From the IMG/VR virus record IMGVR_UViG_3300002494_000025, positions 71,375-135,374 of that record: a stretch of 64,000 bases of DNA; one strand, written 5' to 3'. The position numbers and the translations under genes were made by a program. Below, piece after piece: positions 1 through 11,240 of this stretch. Source of the stretch: a virus. Every line of letters begins with the position of its first letter. Position 1 is the stretch's first letter. The notes beneath the pieces were generated by a model, which had not been told where the DNA came from, ran no database searches, and saw only the letters and a list, made by a program, of their open reading frames with translations.

Positions 1-747
1 TTCATTACGTTCAGAATAATTAATTAAAAAGTAATATTTATATTCATTTTCCTTTTTTAATTCCAATTCTTCGTACAATTCAAAAATATTTTTCTATACC
101 TTTGCAGGATACCAGTGTTCGTTATCGAACGTTACCCGCTAAGTTATTGTATCCGGTAATAGATACTAACCAGTTGGTATTGACTGTATGATTTTTTGTT
201 CCACATAGTTACTACCACTGAATTCGAAGTAATCAGTTATTTTTTGTATTTGACTAACTGTAACTGGAAATGTGATTGAGTAGTTATTATCAATAATTGT
301 TTGGGAGTCAACGGTGATATCCTATGTATCAATTTGGGTATATTCGATGTTTTGGTTTTTACTATATGACAACAACAAATTTGATAGTTTGATATTTACA
401 TATGAACCCGGGTTAAGGGTAAGTGATGATGTTATATCCCCACTGTTGTATAATTGTGGGTTCGGGAAATAAATTGTAACATAGATGTTTGATGTTGGTG
501 GAAACTACCACAATCTATCGTGTGGGTATAAATCTAGTATAGAATGAACATTTTCGGGATCAGTTGCACTATCGATAAATTGTTCGTTGAACTAAACATC
601 TATGGATTCGTTTAAGAATGTCTATAGATAAACGATCTATGATACCAATGAATTAATTGCAGATGATTTTGATGTATCTAAATTTGGGTATTGGTTTTTC
701 AATGATACTAAAAGTTCTTCTTTGATTTTATCTGGTGTTATATTCAT
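1..747 (-). CDS. Baseplate wedge protein, T4 gp6-like (runs off the window edge; TAG=Ala)
   Basis: RBS plus ATG at 747; INSLVS*IVYL*TFLNESIDV*FNEQFIDSA resembles the gp6 N-terminus; frame open to position 1 apart from TAG. Confidence 0.7.
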
Positions 748-766
748 TGTGTTCACCCCTTACATG

Positions 767-2026
767 TTATAGTAAATATAATTTTGAATTGGATTGGACA
801 GTAAGTTCATTTATTGTGTTTAATAATTGGGTTTTTATTTCATTAGATAAATTAGAATTATTAACCAGGGTTGTTAAAACCGATTTAAGATTGTTAACAA
901 ATTCATTCAAATCTTTTTTACGTACAATCTAATATTCATTCATTGCATCGTTTAACTTGTTAGTTGTTAACATGAATTTATAATTGTTGTCATTTGAGTA
1001 AACTGAAAATTTGTTAACTTTTAGAGAGTACTCATGTGTATCTATGTATATACAATGCTATTGTTGGTTATAGTTTTCGGATGACATGTTTATAGTGTCC
1101 TATGAAATACCAACGGAATTCGTCTATTTCATCTAAAAGGTATTTGTTGTAAAACTAACACTTTGAGTATTACTGTTGAGTGTGTTTGTATTGAGAGTAA
1201 TATTATTTTGCTATTTTATTTCCTATGTATTACCGTTTGTTGTTATTGTATTAGATATAAGGTTAATTGAGTTTGTTGATGATAAAGTTTTATCTGTATC
1301 GTTGACAATTTTTCTTAATGTTTCCGTGATATTTTTACTTTGGTCGAAAATAATATCACCTGTAACTTCTAAATTACCATACAACTTTAAGGTGGTATTG
1401 TTGGTTTCAATAGATACTTTATTTAATGTAAAAGATGCACTGTTGGTATTGACTACAAAAAGATTATTTGCGAACTTATACTTCATCAGTTCATTTTTAT
1501 CGTCAAATATCAAATTGTGTTTTTGTGTTCTTAAAGTTAAACCATTCAATTGTATGTTTGGATTGTCATAAATCTATAAATATCTTGTGAATGTAGGATT
1601 ACCAAAATAATATACACGATTAAAATTTTGTTCTACCACGTCTTTACCAAAATCCAAATTGTTGTGAATGTTGTTAATAGTTTTTCCATCAGAAATGAAT
1701 ATATTGAACGGTATGTAATAGAAATCGTTATCATAGGTAAGTCTCAGTACCACAACATAGTCATTGATTTGTGGAATGGTGATGAGATTACCCAACAATG
1801 GTTTAACAAGAATACCGTCGTTTGTGTTTGAACACAGTTTATGGATATAAACTGTGATACAACCGACACAGTACAATTGTTTGTCAAGGTTATTATTAAT
1901 AACTCTACCAATGTACACATTGTCGATTTTGTAGAATGTACTATCATTAAAAATATTTTTAACATCATCATTAAAGTTGTAGATTTGGTTTATGTAATAC
2001 TGGAAATCGAAATCCAGATTTGACAT
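767..2026 (-). CDS. Baseplate hub/spike protein, gp5/gpV-like OB fold plus beta-helix (419 aa, TAG=Ala)
   Basis: Joins ORFs 1574-2026 and 1223-1549 through TAG and ends at TAA; YIGRVINN...IPQINDYVVV OB-fold pattern followed by T/N-rich repeats. Confidence 0.65.
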
Positions 2027-2043
2027 TTATATCACCTTTTACA

Positions 2044-2865
2044 TTATAGTGATATCTTTTTAATATTAACGTTATTAACATTTGTAAACATTTTGGCCAT
2101 ATTGATTATGATATTGAACAACCTACTGATGTGTTTAAAGTCGAAGTTTAGTTGTGCGAGATATAAATCGTAGAATACACTGTTTTTCAACATTTTGTTG
2201 AGTTCATCTTCGTTTATATCAACGGGTTTTATATCTGACATATCTGAGTCTTCTTGGTTTAAATTAAAATTAAAATCTGTGTTTGTGTTATAAACATCGG
2301 GTGTATTTTGTATATTTTGTTGTGTATTTAACTAATCAGTGGATGAAGGATCAATAGAAATACCACCCGGAGTTTCTGTTAATTCCGGTTCATTGACGGT
2401 TACATTATCTTTGTTTTTTGTTTCATCATCTTCAATGATTATGTTGATTAAATTGTTCATTGCCATGTCAAATTTGATTCTTTCAAGAATGTATTTGTCT
2501 ATTTGTTTTGGTTTCTTTTTTTCAGTAGTTGTTTTAACAGTTTGTTTAATGCTTTGTTGAAACAATATTTGTTTATATGATTGATTTAAAATTTTTAAAT
2601 ATGAAATTATATAACCCAAATCATCAAAATATTTGTTTATTTGGGTTCTGTACAACGATAAAAAAAGAATAGATGATTTGTAACTTAGTAATACTCGTTG
2701 TAACATTTCCAAATCTATGATAATGGTATCAAGGTCATTTGTTAAAAAACACTTGATGAAATCGTACAGTAGTTGTGTTGTTTGTGTTTCATCATTTATG
2801 TCGATTTCTAATATTTGTTTAAAAAAATCCACTATTGTGTATGTTTGATTGTTTTTTGGTTTCAT
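2044..2865 (-). CDS. Hypothetical phage protein (273 aa, one TAG)
   Basis: GGGAG RBS plus ATG at 2865; ORFs 2332-2895 and 2044-2241 are in frame across one TAG; TAA stop. Confidence 0.7.
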
Positions 2866-2892
2866 CGATGTCACACTCCCATAAAAAGTTTT

Positions 2893-2931
2893 CAATATTA
2901 AGTTTGAAACAAAATCATAAACTTAAATATG
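2893..2931. promoter_or_regulatory. Back-to-back copies of the putative late promoter motif AAACTTAAWAWTG
   Basis: AAACTTAATATTG on minus (2893-2905) and AAACTTAAATATG on plus (2919-2931) between divergent genes; motif recurs more than 12 times in intergenic DNA. Confidence 0.6.
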
Positions 2932-2958
2932 AAAATAAATACTGATTGGGTGGTGTAA

Positions 2959-3384
2959 ATGGGGTTATTTAAATTTGTTGATCTTTTTGGTAATCAAATA
3001 GATGTATTTATGGATAAAATTGAAAATGGTATCGATAAATTTGGTAACTATCTGGACAATTTAATAGGTAAACAAATTTTTATAGGACAACAACAAATCT
3101 TATCTGAATTGACAACACAACGTTCAACAATAAGTAAACAATCAGAAACTGAACTTAAAGCATATATAACCAAAGAATCACAACCTGAAAATGTTACACA
3201 ATTCGTCGATTCGGAATTTGATAATGAATTAGAGGAATCATTGAATTATCTGGGTATTCAATTACCAACAACAAACATAAATACACATGATGTTGATGAT
3301 TATGTCATGCTGGGTGGGGATGAGTATGATGAAGATGAAGAAGATGAAAATCAAGACTTTCTTAACTTAATTTTAGGTGAATAA
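2959..3384 (+). CDS. Hypothetical acidic phage protein
   Basis: Intact 141-aa ORF with RBS and TAA stop. Confidence 0.75.
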   Translation: MGLFKFVDLFGNQIDVFMDKIENGIDKFGNYLDNLIGKQIFIGQQQILSELTTQRSTISKQSETELKAYITKESQPENVTQFVDSEFDNELEESLNYLGIQLPTTNINTHDVDDYVMLGGDEYDEDEEDENQDFLNLILGE

Positions 3385-3412
3385 ATTGAGTTATCAATAA
3401 GGGGGTTATATA

Positions 3413-4690
3413 ATGTAGAAAGTGTTAACAAACATAAATAGTATCCAAAATATTGAAAGAACGAATCAAAACGAAATTACCATTACAACAGAATCTTCAA
3501 AATCAATACGATACAAATTTAATGTGGATACAAATAAAATACCCAACGGTAAAACATAGGTTGGGTTGTATCGAGATATTATCGAAAATGTTGAGACGGG
3601 GGATGTGGATGTAATTCAGGATCATAACGATATTACAGATTTATTTGTAAAACACTTGATATATCGTCTATTTATAAATAACGGTATTACTGAAACTGTT
3701 GATTATGACAGATATTTCAACATACCATAGGATTCATAGTTTCTTAGTATGATAAAACCATACAAATAGACCTCCGAATCTGAATTTATATTACCACTTT
3801 CAAAATATCTTGGTATTCATTCCTGGGAAGTGGGTATTGGACATGAGAGTTGGGATTCTCCACAAAATTTGTATGGATTTACATATAACGAATATGGTTT
3901 TCCAATACGTGTCACAACTGGTTCGGGTGGTTCTAGTACATATGTACCACATTCCTCCCTTCAAATTTATAAGGATACAATTAAAAAATATCATAGTGTG
4001 AATGATTTGTAGTACAATGACACAAATATTACACACCATAACTCGTTAATTTGTAGAATTCCACCACAATTGTTACAATATGGAAATTTTTATCAAATTA
4101 GTAGTACTCAAAAAACATATTCGTTGTATTCGTACCGTAAACCAGTTCAGGTATTTTTTGTTTTACCTACACAGTATTTACTTGATGATAATACTGTTGT
4201 TACCGATCCAATTACAATTTTAAACAAACTGAAAACAGGAGAGTATGTTACTGAACGCGTAATTGAGTGGTTACCGTATACGGGAAATAATGTACTCTAT
4301 GGTATAAGTAATACGTTGATAAATCAGATGAAGGTCAGTTACATCATACCTGAATTCATAATGGTGCAATAGATTTTTGAACCATTTGAGGCAAACTTTA
4401 CATGGAGAGAATTTGGTGTATTGGCAGGATTTAACACATTTGTCAGTACAAGTGGTACTACAAATCTTAACACAATTGAAACGGAAGAAAATGAACCAAA
4501 TGCAAGTTTGATGGCATGGATGAAACATAACAATGTAAATACGACAATCTCTGAATTCCACCCACTTGTGTATCCAAGAGGTACTTTTATCGATTACAAA
4601 GTTCATAAAGCAATAAACAAAACAAGAAATATGCGAATTACAAGACAAATAATCTTTGGAATTCTCAATATATCGTCACAATTGTTATGA
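3413..4690 (+). CDS. Putative virion/baseplate structural protein (425 aa, starts ATG-TAG = Met-Ala)
   Basis: GGGGG RBS, then ATG TAG AAA; joins ORFs 3830-4012, 4070-4372 and 4421-4690 in one frame; EANFTWREFGV motif typical of tail/baseplate proteins; TGA stop. Confidence 0.7.
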
Positions 4691-4711
4691 TTAAAATGGG
4701 GGTGTATTAGG

Positions 4712-5503
4712 ATGATAAAGACATATTTAGTATCAATGCATGGACAAATTCAGACTCAAGGAGGTGTAAAATATCCTGGTTTGTACAATATAATTGGACA
4801 GTCAGGTAACGATGAGGTACTTACTTCGTTACTAAATGATAATAACCCGCAATCTTTTGTGTCAACACTAAAGTCAATAAATTCCACATTAACTACAAAT
4901 AGAGGTATATCACCAATAAGATTTAAGTTATAGGATAACGATGAATACGATTTAAGTTATCCTCTTGCCATACCATCATAGTAGAATGTTACATATTATT
5001 CGTTTCGGAAATAGTTGAAACTTTTATTTACTTCGGATGTTTAGTCTGAACCACAAACAATCACCATAAAGAATTTAAGATTTTATGTTGATACTGGTTA
5101 TACGGTAACAGATTCCAGTGGTAGACAGATTCAAACTATTGGAGAAGGTATTAAATTACAAGTACGTACGTCTGTAAAATATATTCCACCATCAGTGGAT
5201 GATGTTACAAACGGGTTAAATACTCAAGAAGACAACAATACATAGAATCAAACAAGTCCGTTAGAAGACTAGTTGACGTTTACTGTAAATAATCCACTGA
5301 TGTTAACTAGTAATAATGTTGTATGGACAAGTAACAACCTAAATTCACAAGTTACCGGTAACACTGAAAGTGAAAAATTGTAGAGTTTTACTCAGAAATG
5401 GTTTGGTACACAACCATATGTTTACTTAACTGTTGGATTATCGTCAAATGCAACACCAAAAAACTATTCATTTACTATTTACTTTGTATACGATGAAATC
5501 TAA
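4712..5503 (+). CDS. Putative virion structural protein (263 aa, TAG=Ala)
   Basis: ORF 4712-4933 continues through several TAGs to ...YFVYDEI TAA. Confidence 0.7.
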
Positions 5504-5523
5504 TCGATGGGGGGTATATGATT

Positions 5524-5916
5524 ATGTCCGATTTTGTAACTTTGTTGTTGACATTCTTAGGTGGGTTTCTATCGACATGGTTTGTCCAAGTCATAATGAT
5601 AAAATTTTATCCCAAAGCAACATCCTGGGTTGCAGAAAATGTTACAAATACTTTTGTGAAACAGTTTGGTGATAAAGGTTAGAACGAGATTGTTAATTAT
5701 ATGGGATTGTTCTTTATCAAGTCAGGTGTTAAACTCATATCCCAAATCCCAGATAGTGAACTTGTTAACTCGTATGTCAAACAGTTGACAGAAATATCTG
5801 ACAAACTCCAAGATAGTATGGTACAGAAACAATATATACCCGAATCAGATAAACAGTATCTGAATGAAATTAAAGTTAAAGAAACAGACACAACAAACAC
5901 ACCGTCGGATTTCTAA
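5524..5916 (+). CDS. Small membrane protein with N-terminal TM helix (holin candidate)
   Basis: MSDFVTLLLTFLGGFLSTWFVQVIMIKFY; one TAG joins it to ORF 5701-5916. Confidence 0.55.
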
Positions 5917-5971
5917 GATCCAAATTTAAAAGTAATAAAAACAACTATATTAATCTGGAGGTGTATTACGT

Positions 5972-6820
5972 ATGGAAAAAGTAGAAACCGGGGGTAAAAA
6001 TAGTGGTAAGAAGGTATTATATATAACTATACCCGCATATGATGGTAGTATCAACTCATTTTTGGCAATAGAGTTGGTAAAAGCCAAACAATTGATATAT
6101 ACGGATGATAAGTACAAAGATATTGATTTACAAATTGAAATCTTAAATTTTGAAAGTCTTGTAACCAGAGCCAGAAACACACTTTTACGTTCATTCTTGG
6201 ATCATACGGAAGGATATGATGATGCAGTATGGTTTAGTATCGACAATGATATTGTGTTATCGGCAAATGATATATTGGATATATATGACAAAGTACAGAA
6301 GTATAGAGTAATGACATATCCTTATCGTATTAAAACAAATGACATATTCAAGATAGTTGTGACTGGTTTCAAATACTTCCCGGAAAAATTCATGGATACA
6401 AATGAACCCGACTGGGATAAGACAAGAATCGGTATAGTAGAACATGCAGGAACTGGACTTATGGCACTTCACAAATCTGTCGTCTTGAGACTTGTAGAAT
6501 GGGCAAAACAAAATAATTTGTATTATTACGACGACAATGGAAAAGAATTTTATGACGTTTTTAAAACTGAAGTTGGTGTGATTGAAACACGTAATACAAG
6601 AACGTTGTTGTCTGAAGATTGGTATGTTTGTCATGTTCTTGATAAAATACTCAATCAACCAATATACCTGGATTTATATGTTACATCACACCACATCACT
6701 AAAAACTTCTTTTTTACATATACACCACAATTGTTGTATCAAGTTCTTTTAAATAAAACTGATGTAAATATGAATCAAGTTGTCAACAATGAACAGGAAA
6801 TGACGGGTGTGGTGAAATGA
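5972..6820 (+). CDS. Glycosyltransferase (GT-A/GT2-like)
   Basis: ITIPAY, SLVTRARN, FSIDNDI (DxD), AGTGLM and LSEDWY motifs; no internal TAG. Confidence 0.85.
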   Translation: MEKVETGGKNSGKKVLYITIPAYDGSINSFLAIELVKAKQLIYTDDKYKDIDLQIEILNFESLVTRARNTLLRSFLDHTEGYDDAVWFSIDNDIVLSANDILDIYDKVQKYRVMTYPYRIKTNDIFKIVVTGFKYFPEKFMDTNEPDWDKTRIGIVEHAGTGLMALHKSVVLRLVEWAKQNNLYYYDDNGKEFYDVFKTEVGVIETRNTRTLLSEDWYVCHVLDKILNQPIYLDLYVTSHHITKNFFFTYTPQLLYQVLLNKTDVNMNQVVNNEQEMTGVVK

Positions 6821-7323
6821 AAAATAGTTTACCATTCTATCTACCAACAATCCGATTAGATTACGATGAAGATAGTTTTGAAAAACTAATGAAAAATGTT
6901 GAAAAAATTTTTAGAAACTCCAAATATTACAATTTATGGGTATCAATGCAACGTGAAAAAAAATTGAAATGTATTGTTTCTGGTATCGGATTTGATGATG
7001 GTGGAGATATAGAATTACATCACTATCCATATACACTATTTAGTATTACAAGACGTATATAGATAGATTTAATCAACAAAGAACCAACTACAAGTTTGTT
7101 TGTAATTTAGCATTATCTGTAGTATATACATGTTATTGATGTTGTACTGTATGTCCCATTGTTGAAAAGTTATCATAGGTTATGGCATGAGAATCCGTGG
7201 GAGATTGAACATGAAAAAGTTATTAATCATGAATTGATTCCCGTGTGGAATACATTCATGATGAGGAAGTTGGATTTGGATGGATTTTTGTATGAGGTTA
7301 AACAAATCAAAAATTCTGAATAA
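6817..7323 (+). CDS. HNH-like/His-rich phage protein (168 aa, TAG=Ala)
   Basis: CIVSG...IELHHYP...VPLLKSYHRLWH; extends through 3 TAGs to TAA at 7321. Confidence 0.6.
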
Positions 7324-7333
7324 AAAAAAAAAT

Positions 7334-7372
7334 ATAAGGGTAGGTTCATTTTTAACCTACCCTTATTTTTTT
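7334..7372. terminator. Bidirectional intrinsic terminator
   Basis: TAAGGGTAGGTT...AACCTACCCTTA hairpin flanked by A and T tracts between convergent genes. Confidence 0.8.
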
Positions 7373-7379
7373 ATCTATT

Positions 7380-8369
7380 TTATTTATTTTGGTTGTCTAA
7401 ATTTATATCTAACTGATTTATAAATTGTTCATCCATTATTTCATCAATTATACCATCACTGTTTAAGTCCTCAAACTTTATGACTGTTTCGGCATTGGGG
7501 GTAAAGTATTTTCGGAAGTATATTCTACTGATGTTGTCTAAGTACTTTGTCAATTTTAAAACATCATTTATTGACATTACCTTTTTTGTGTATTTTCTTT
7601 TATATTTAAAAATATGTTTAAATGACAAAATTATAAATTTATTGATTGTTAACAGAGTGGTAATTACATATTCACTATCATGTTCAGTGACACTTGTAAG
7701 ATACCGTGAATATAGCGTTTTAATGAAATGTATAAAATTTTGTGAGTCGTTGATTTCAAACTGTTCTAAATCATTCATAAGTTGGAATAACGTTTTTCTA
7801 TCTTTATTTATATTATCAAATTTATATAACTGGAGGTAATTATGTTTTTCGTCATCTATTGTTATGTATGTAGAAGGAATACTTGTTACTTTATTGGTTG
7901 AATCGTTATGTGTCACAATGATATCTATGAGTTCGTCATGTTCGATATCATCGTTGTCTTTTTGTGTTTGTGATAATGAATAAAATGATACTACATAGTT
8001 TGTTTCTTTTACAAGATTCTATATTTTGTATTTAATTATATTTTCTGCAATCTATGTTAGGTATGAAAACAGGTTTTTATTTTTGTTGAATCTTGTTAGC
8101 TAACTTAGTTGATTTGTTAAAATATCACTTCTTAGTTCTTCTCTCAATTCATATTCGTAAGTTTTATCTACAACCAAATTATATTTGTTCATGTAGTATG
8201 GTAATTTTTTGTTTAGTACACCCTCATTCAATTGTTGTATATATTTCAACTACTTTTCTTTTTTGGATTTATCATTACTAAACCACAATGACACGATGTA
8301 CTATTCATTAAAGTAATAATTTTCTCTATAACTTTTTTTATCATTTTTGTTTTTGTTATCAATACTCAT
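7380..8369 (-). CDS. Putative phage late sigma factor (gp55-like/sigma region 2), 329 aa, 5 in-frame TAG
   Basis: RBS plus ATG at 8369; YYFNE* near the N-terminus and *LTRFNKNKNLFSYLT*IAENII resemble the FDPxKxxxFSYFxxIAxN signature of myophage late sigma factors; in frame with ORF 7380-7916. Confidence 0.6.
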
Positions 8370-8420
8370 CAATAAAACACCCCCATTTCGATTTTTTTTT
8401 ATATATATGTTACCTTCCTT

Positions 8421-8447
8421 TAATAATATGTTGAACTTTACAATTTT
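8421..8447 (-). promoter_or_regulatory. Conserved phage motif AAATTGYAAA-N3/4-AACATATTATTA (putative early/middle promoter)
   Basis: AAAATTGTAAAGTTCAACATATTATTA; near-identical copies at 9058-9084(-), 47062, 47313, 51281-51306(-), 51971 and 52858. Confidence 0.65.
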
Positions 8448-8490
8448 CATTAACGAAATGATACTAAATGTTGATGAGTGAATCGATATG

Positions 8491-8523
8491 AAAAAAGCCC
8501 ACCAGTATACACACTGGTGGGTT
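8491..8523 (-). terminator. Intrinsic terminator after the sHSP gene
   Basis: CCCACCAGT...ACTGGTGGG hairpin with a T tract on the minus strand. Confidence 0.7.
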
Positions 8524-8587
8524 GTGATATTAATGTTTATTCAATTATCAATTGGTAAATATCCCCCGAACCCCCACGGACTTATGC

Positions 8588-9040
8588 TTATTCAAGGATT
8601 ATTGTTTTCTGTCTTTTCGATTCCTTTTCATCTGGTTTTTCAAAGTATAATGTAAGTTCAACGTATCCATCCTTTTTTGTAGCTTCATGTTTGATAACTT
8701 TACCTGGGAGTATTACATATCTTTCCTCATCTACACTGATATCATTCCATTCTTTGTGATATACATATACATTTTCACTATCACTATCTTTTATATTTAT
8801 ATTGTGTTTAAATGTTAACTTTTGAATATCATTAACATCTTCCAGATAGATTTTTACATCCTGTGGTATTATTTTGAATTTCCAAGTATAATCATCGAGT
8901 TTGTAAATATTGAATTTAATATGTTTACTATTATCCAAGGACATTTCAACAAACTCTGTCATAGGTCTGTCATCAATCATAAAATCGATGATATCAGTGT
9001 AGTTTTTCAATAAATCGTGAATATGTTTTTTAATATACAT
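8588..9040 (-). CDS. Small heat-shock protein (Hsp20/alpha-crystallin-like)
   Basis: 150 aa; C-terminal ILPGKV..EATKKDGYVELTL...KTIILE pattern; no TAG. Confidence 0.6.
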   Translation of the reverse strand: MYIKKHIHDLLKNYTDIIDFMIDDRPMTEFVEMSLDNSKHIKFNIYKLDDYTWKFKIIPQDVKIYLEDVNDIQKLTFKHNINIKDSDSENVYVYHKEWNDISVDEERYVILPGKVIKHEATKKDGYVELTLYFEKPDEKESKRQKTIILE

Positions 9041-9057
9041 AACACACCACCTCCATA

Positions 9058-9084
9058 TAATAATATGTTTAGATTTGCAATTTT
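9058..9084 (-). promoter_or_regulatory. Putative early/middle promoter motif
   Basis: AAAATTGCAAATCTAAACATATTATTA directly upstream of the sHSP RBS. Confidence 0.65.
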
Positions 9085-9091
9085 ATTTGTA

Positions 9092-11203
9092 TCACAAGAT
9101 ATCAATATTATCATCGGTGAATTCTTCATCTAAAAACACACCATACTATACTTGTATTATGTAAATTGATTGGTTTGTTTGTTCATATTGTTGTATGTAT
9201 TTTTCGGATTTTTTAACTTTCTATAATATCTCTTTTAGTTCGAATTGTATACGTTCTTTTATCTATGACACATCAAATTTATATGTTTTGATACGTGTTG
9301 TAACATCGATAACATCGGGTATTTGTTTAACATTTTCAAGTTGATGTGACTAAGTATCGTACATATCTTTCAAAAATGAACGGATGATTGATAAATCAAA
9401 TTTATAATCCTTATATTGTTCCGAAAGTTTTTTAACTAAATTGATTCTATTATCTTTTGTGAATTTAATATCTATTGGTAGTTCTAATTGTTTTAACATT
9501 TCAATTCTTTCTTCACTAAATTCTTTTAATAGGTCTTTTACAATATTGTGCATGTTTTTGTTAATCAATGAAAATTTATCACGGTCGACAAGTTTTACCA
9601 ATTCATCTGAATTTCCTGTTAGTTTTCTTAGCACAACACCCTCGATTTCTTGTTGTTTTTCATCTGTGATGATATCGTTGACATACTATATTAAAATATC
9701 TTTGATATTCAACATATAGTTACTTCTAACATAGTTCTATAACATCTCCCGGAGTTCTTTTATTTGTTGTCTATATTCTTTTGGAACTCTGTTTAATTTT
9801 ATTGTTATCTATTCAAAAACTGTTAAATCCTTAAATTGGGTAGGAACTGATATATCAGGTATCTCACTTAGTTTTTTGTTCAAGAATTGTTTCAATTCAT
9901 TGAGGTGTTTTTCAATTTCAGTTTTAACTTTAGAGAGGTATTTGTTAATATCGAAATACTCCACAGTATCAACAGACCAAGTTTCAGAGATTTGTTTCTA
10001 TACAATATCATCATTTTCAAGATCTGGTACATACTATGTTACGTTCACTGTTATTGGTTCAGTTGATTTAAGTTCTTCATACAGTGATAATAAATCCTTA
10101 TCAAGTTCATTAATATCGATGTTACTATCTGTAAATCGTGGGAGTGGTCTTAAATAGATTGTTTTTGATGTTGAACTATTGTATTTTATTGTGTTTGTGT
10201 ATAACGTTGATACCAATTCACACTCCCATTCGATTTGTTTACCATAATATTTGTTAAGATATTTGTCAAAAATATTTTTATATTTTTGATACAATGTAGT
10301 AACAAACTATGTCTAACTTCTAATGGCGTTATACTGTGGGATTTTAGGTATTTCTTTCCAGTTATACCATGGTATCTATTTACCTCCGAACGATTTACGA
10401 CGGATTGTATATATTTGTCCATTTGTATCGATACCGAAGGAAAGGTTCTAAACACCATCGATTTTGATTGATGTTAATAATGGTTCAGTTTCATACAGTA
10501 TCTATTCAATATAGTCAATGAATTCATTTACTGGGATATCTTCAATATGTGAAATTTCAGTTAATAACTATTCTGACACATTCTATTTAGATACATTTCT
10601 TTTTGGTTTTGGTGTGAATATATCATCACCATATTCTTGTTTTAGGAAGTTAACATACTCTACAATGAGATCAAACAATTGAAGGACTGGTGTTGCAAGT
10701 AATTGTTTCTATGTTTCATAATCACCATTAAAGAGTGCATTTCTCAGTTTTGTCTAAGAGATTTCATCGTCTGATTCAACATTTCTTGGAAGTTCTTCAA
10801 CTTTAATTTTGTCACTAAGATTTACACGTTTTAATTGTCCTTCATATGTTTGTTTTCTATCAGTTCCACAGTAAACCTTTACGATTTCAATGTCATCATA
10901 TTTATTCTTTATGTATTCGCTAATATTTGGTATATATCCAACATTGAATACTTCAACGATCTAACTTTTATTGTATTTATGTTTTAAATCGTTTATGATA
11001 GCTTTAATAAATAGTGTTCTAAGTTCCTAGTCAAATGGATTTTTGTAGACATCTTGACTTGTTTTACTACCCTATATTATCTATACAATGACAACATCTA
11101 TATCATTATCTCGGAATGCAACTTCCAGTAATTTTTGATGCTATTTTGTAACACCTTGGAATCTACCAAGTATTAGTCCACCTCTAAATATTTTTTTATC
11201 CAT
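9092..11203 (-). CDS. Cytidyltransferase/NMNAT-like (HIGH) domain fused to a KxDG ligase-like nucleotidyltransferase domain (703 aa, TAG=Ala)
   Basis: GRFQGVTK*H, NPFD*ELR, CGTDR and IS*TKLRNAL, then HIEDI, IKIDGV*NL, IEGVVLR and VKLVDRDKFS; single frame closed by TGA at 9092. Confidence 0.8.
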
Positions 11204-11240
11204 TTATTGACACCACCTTGATATTAATTAATTGATTGTT

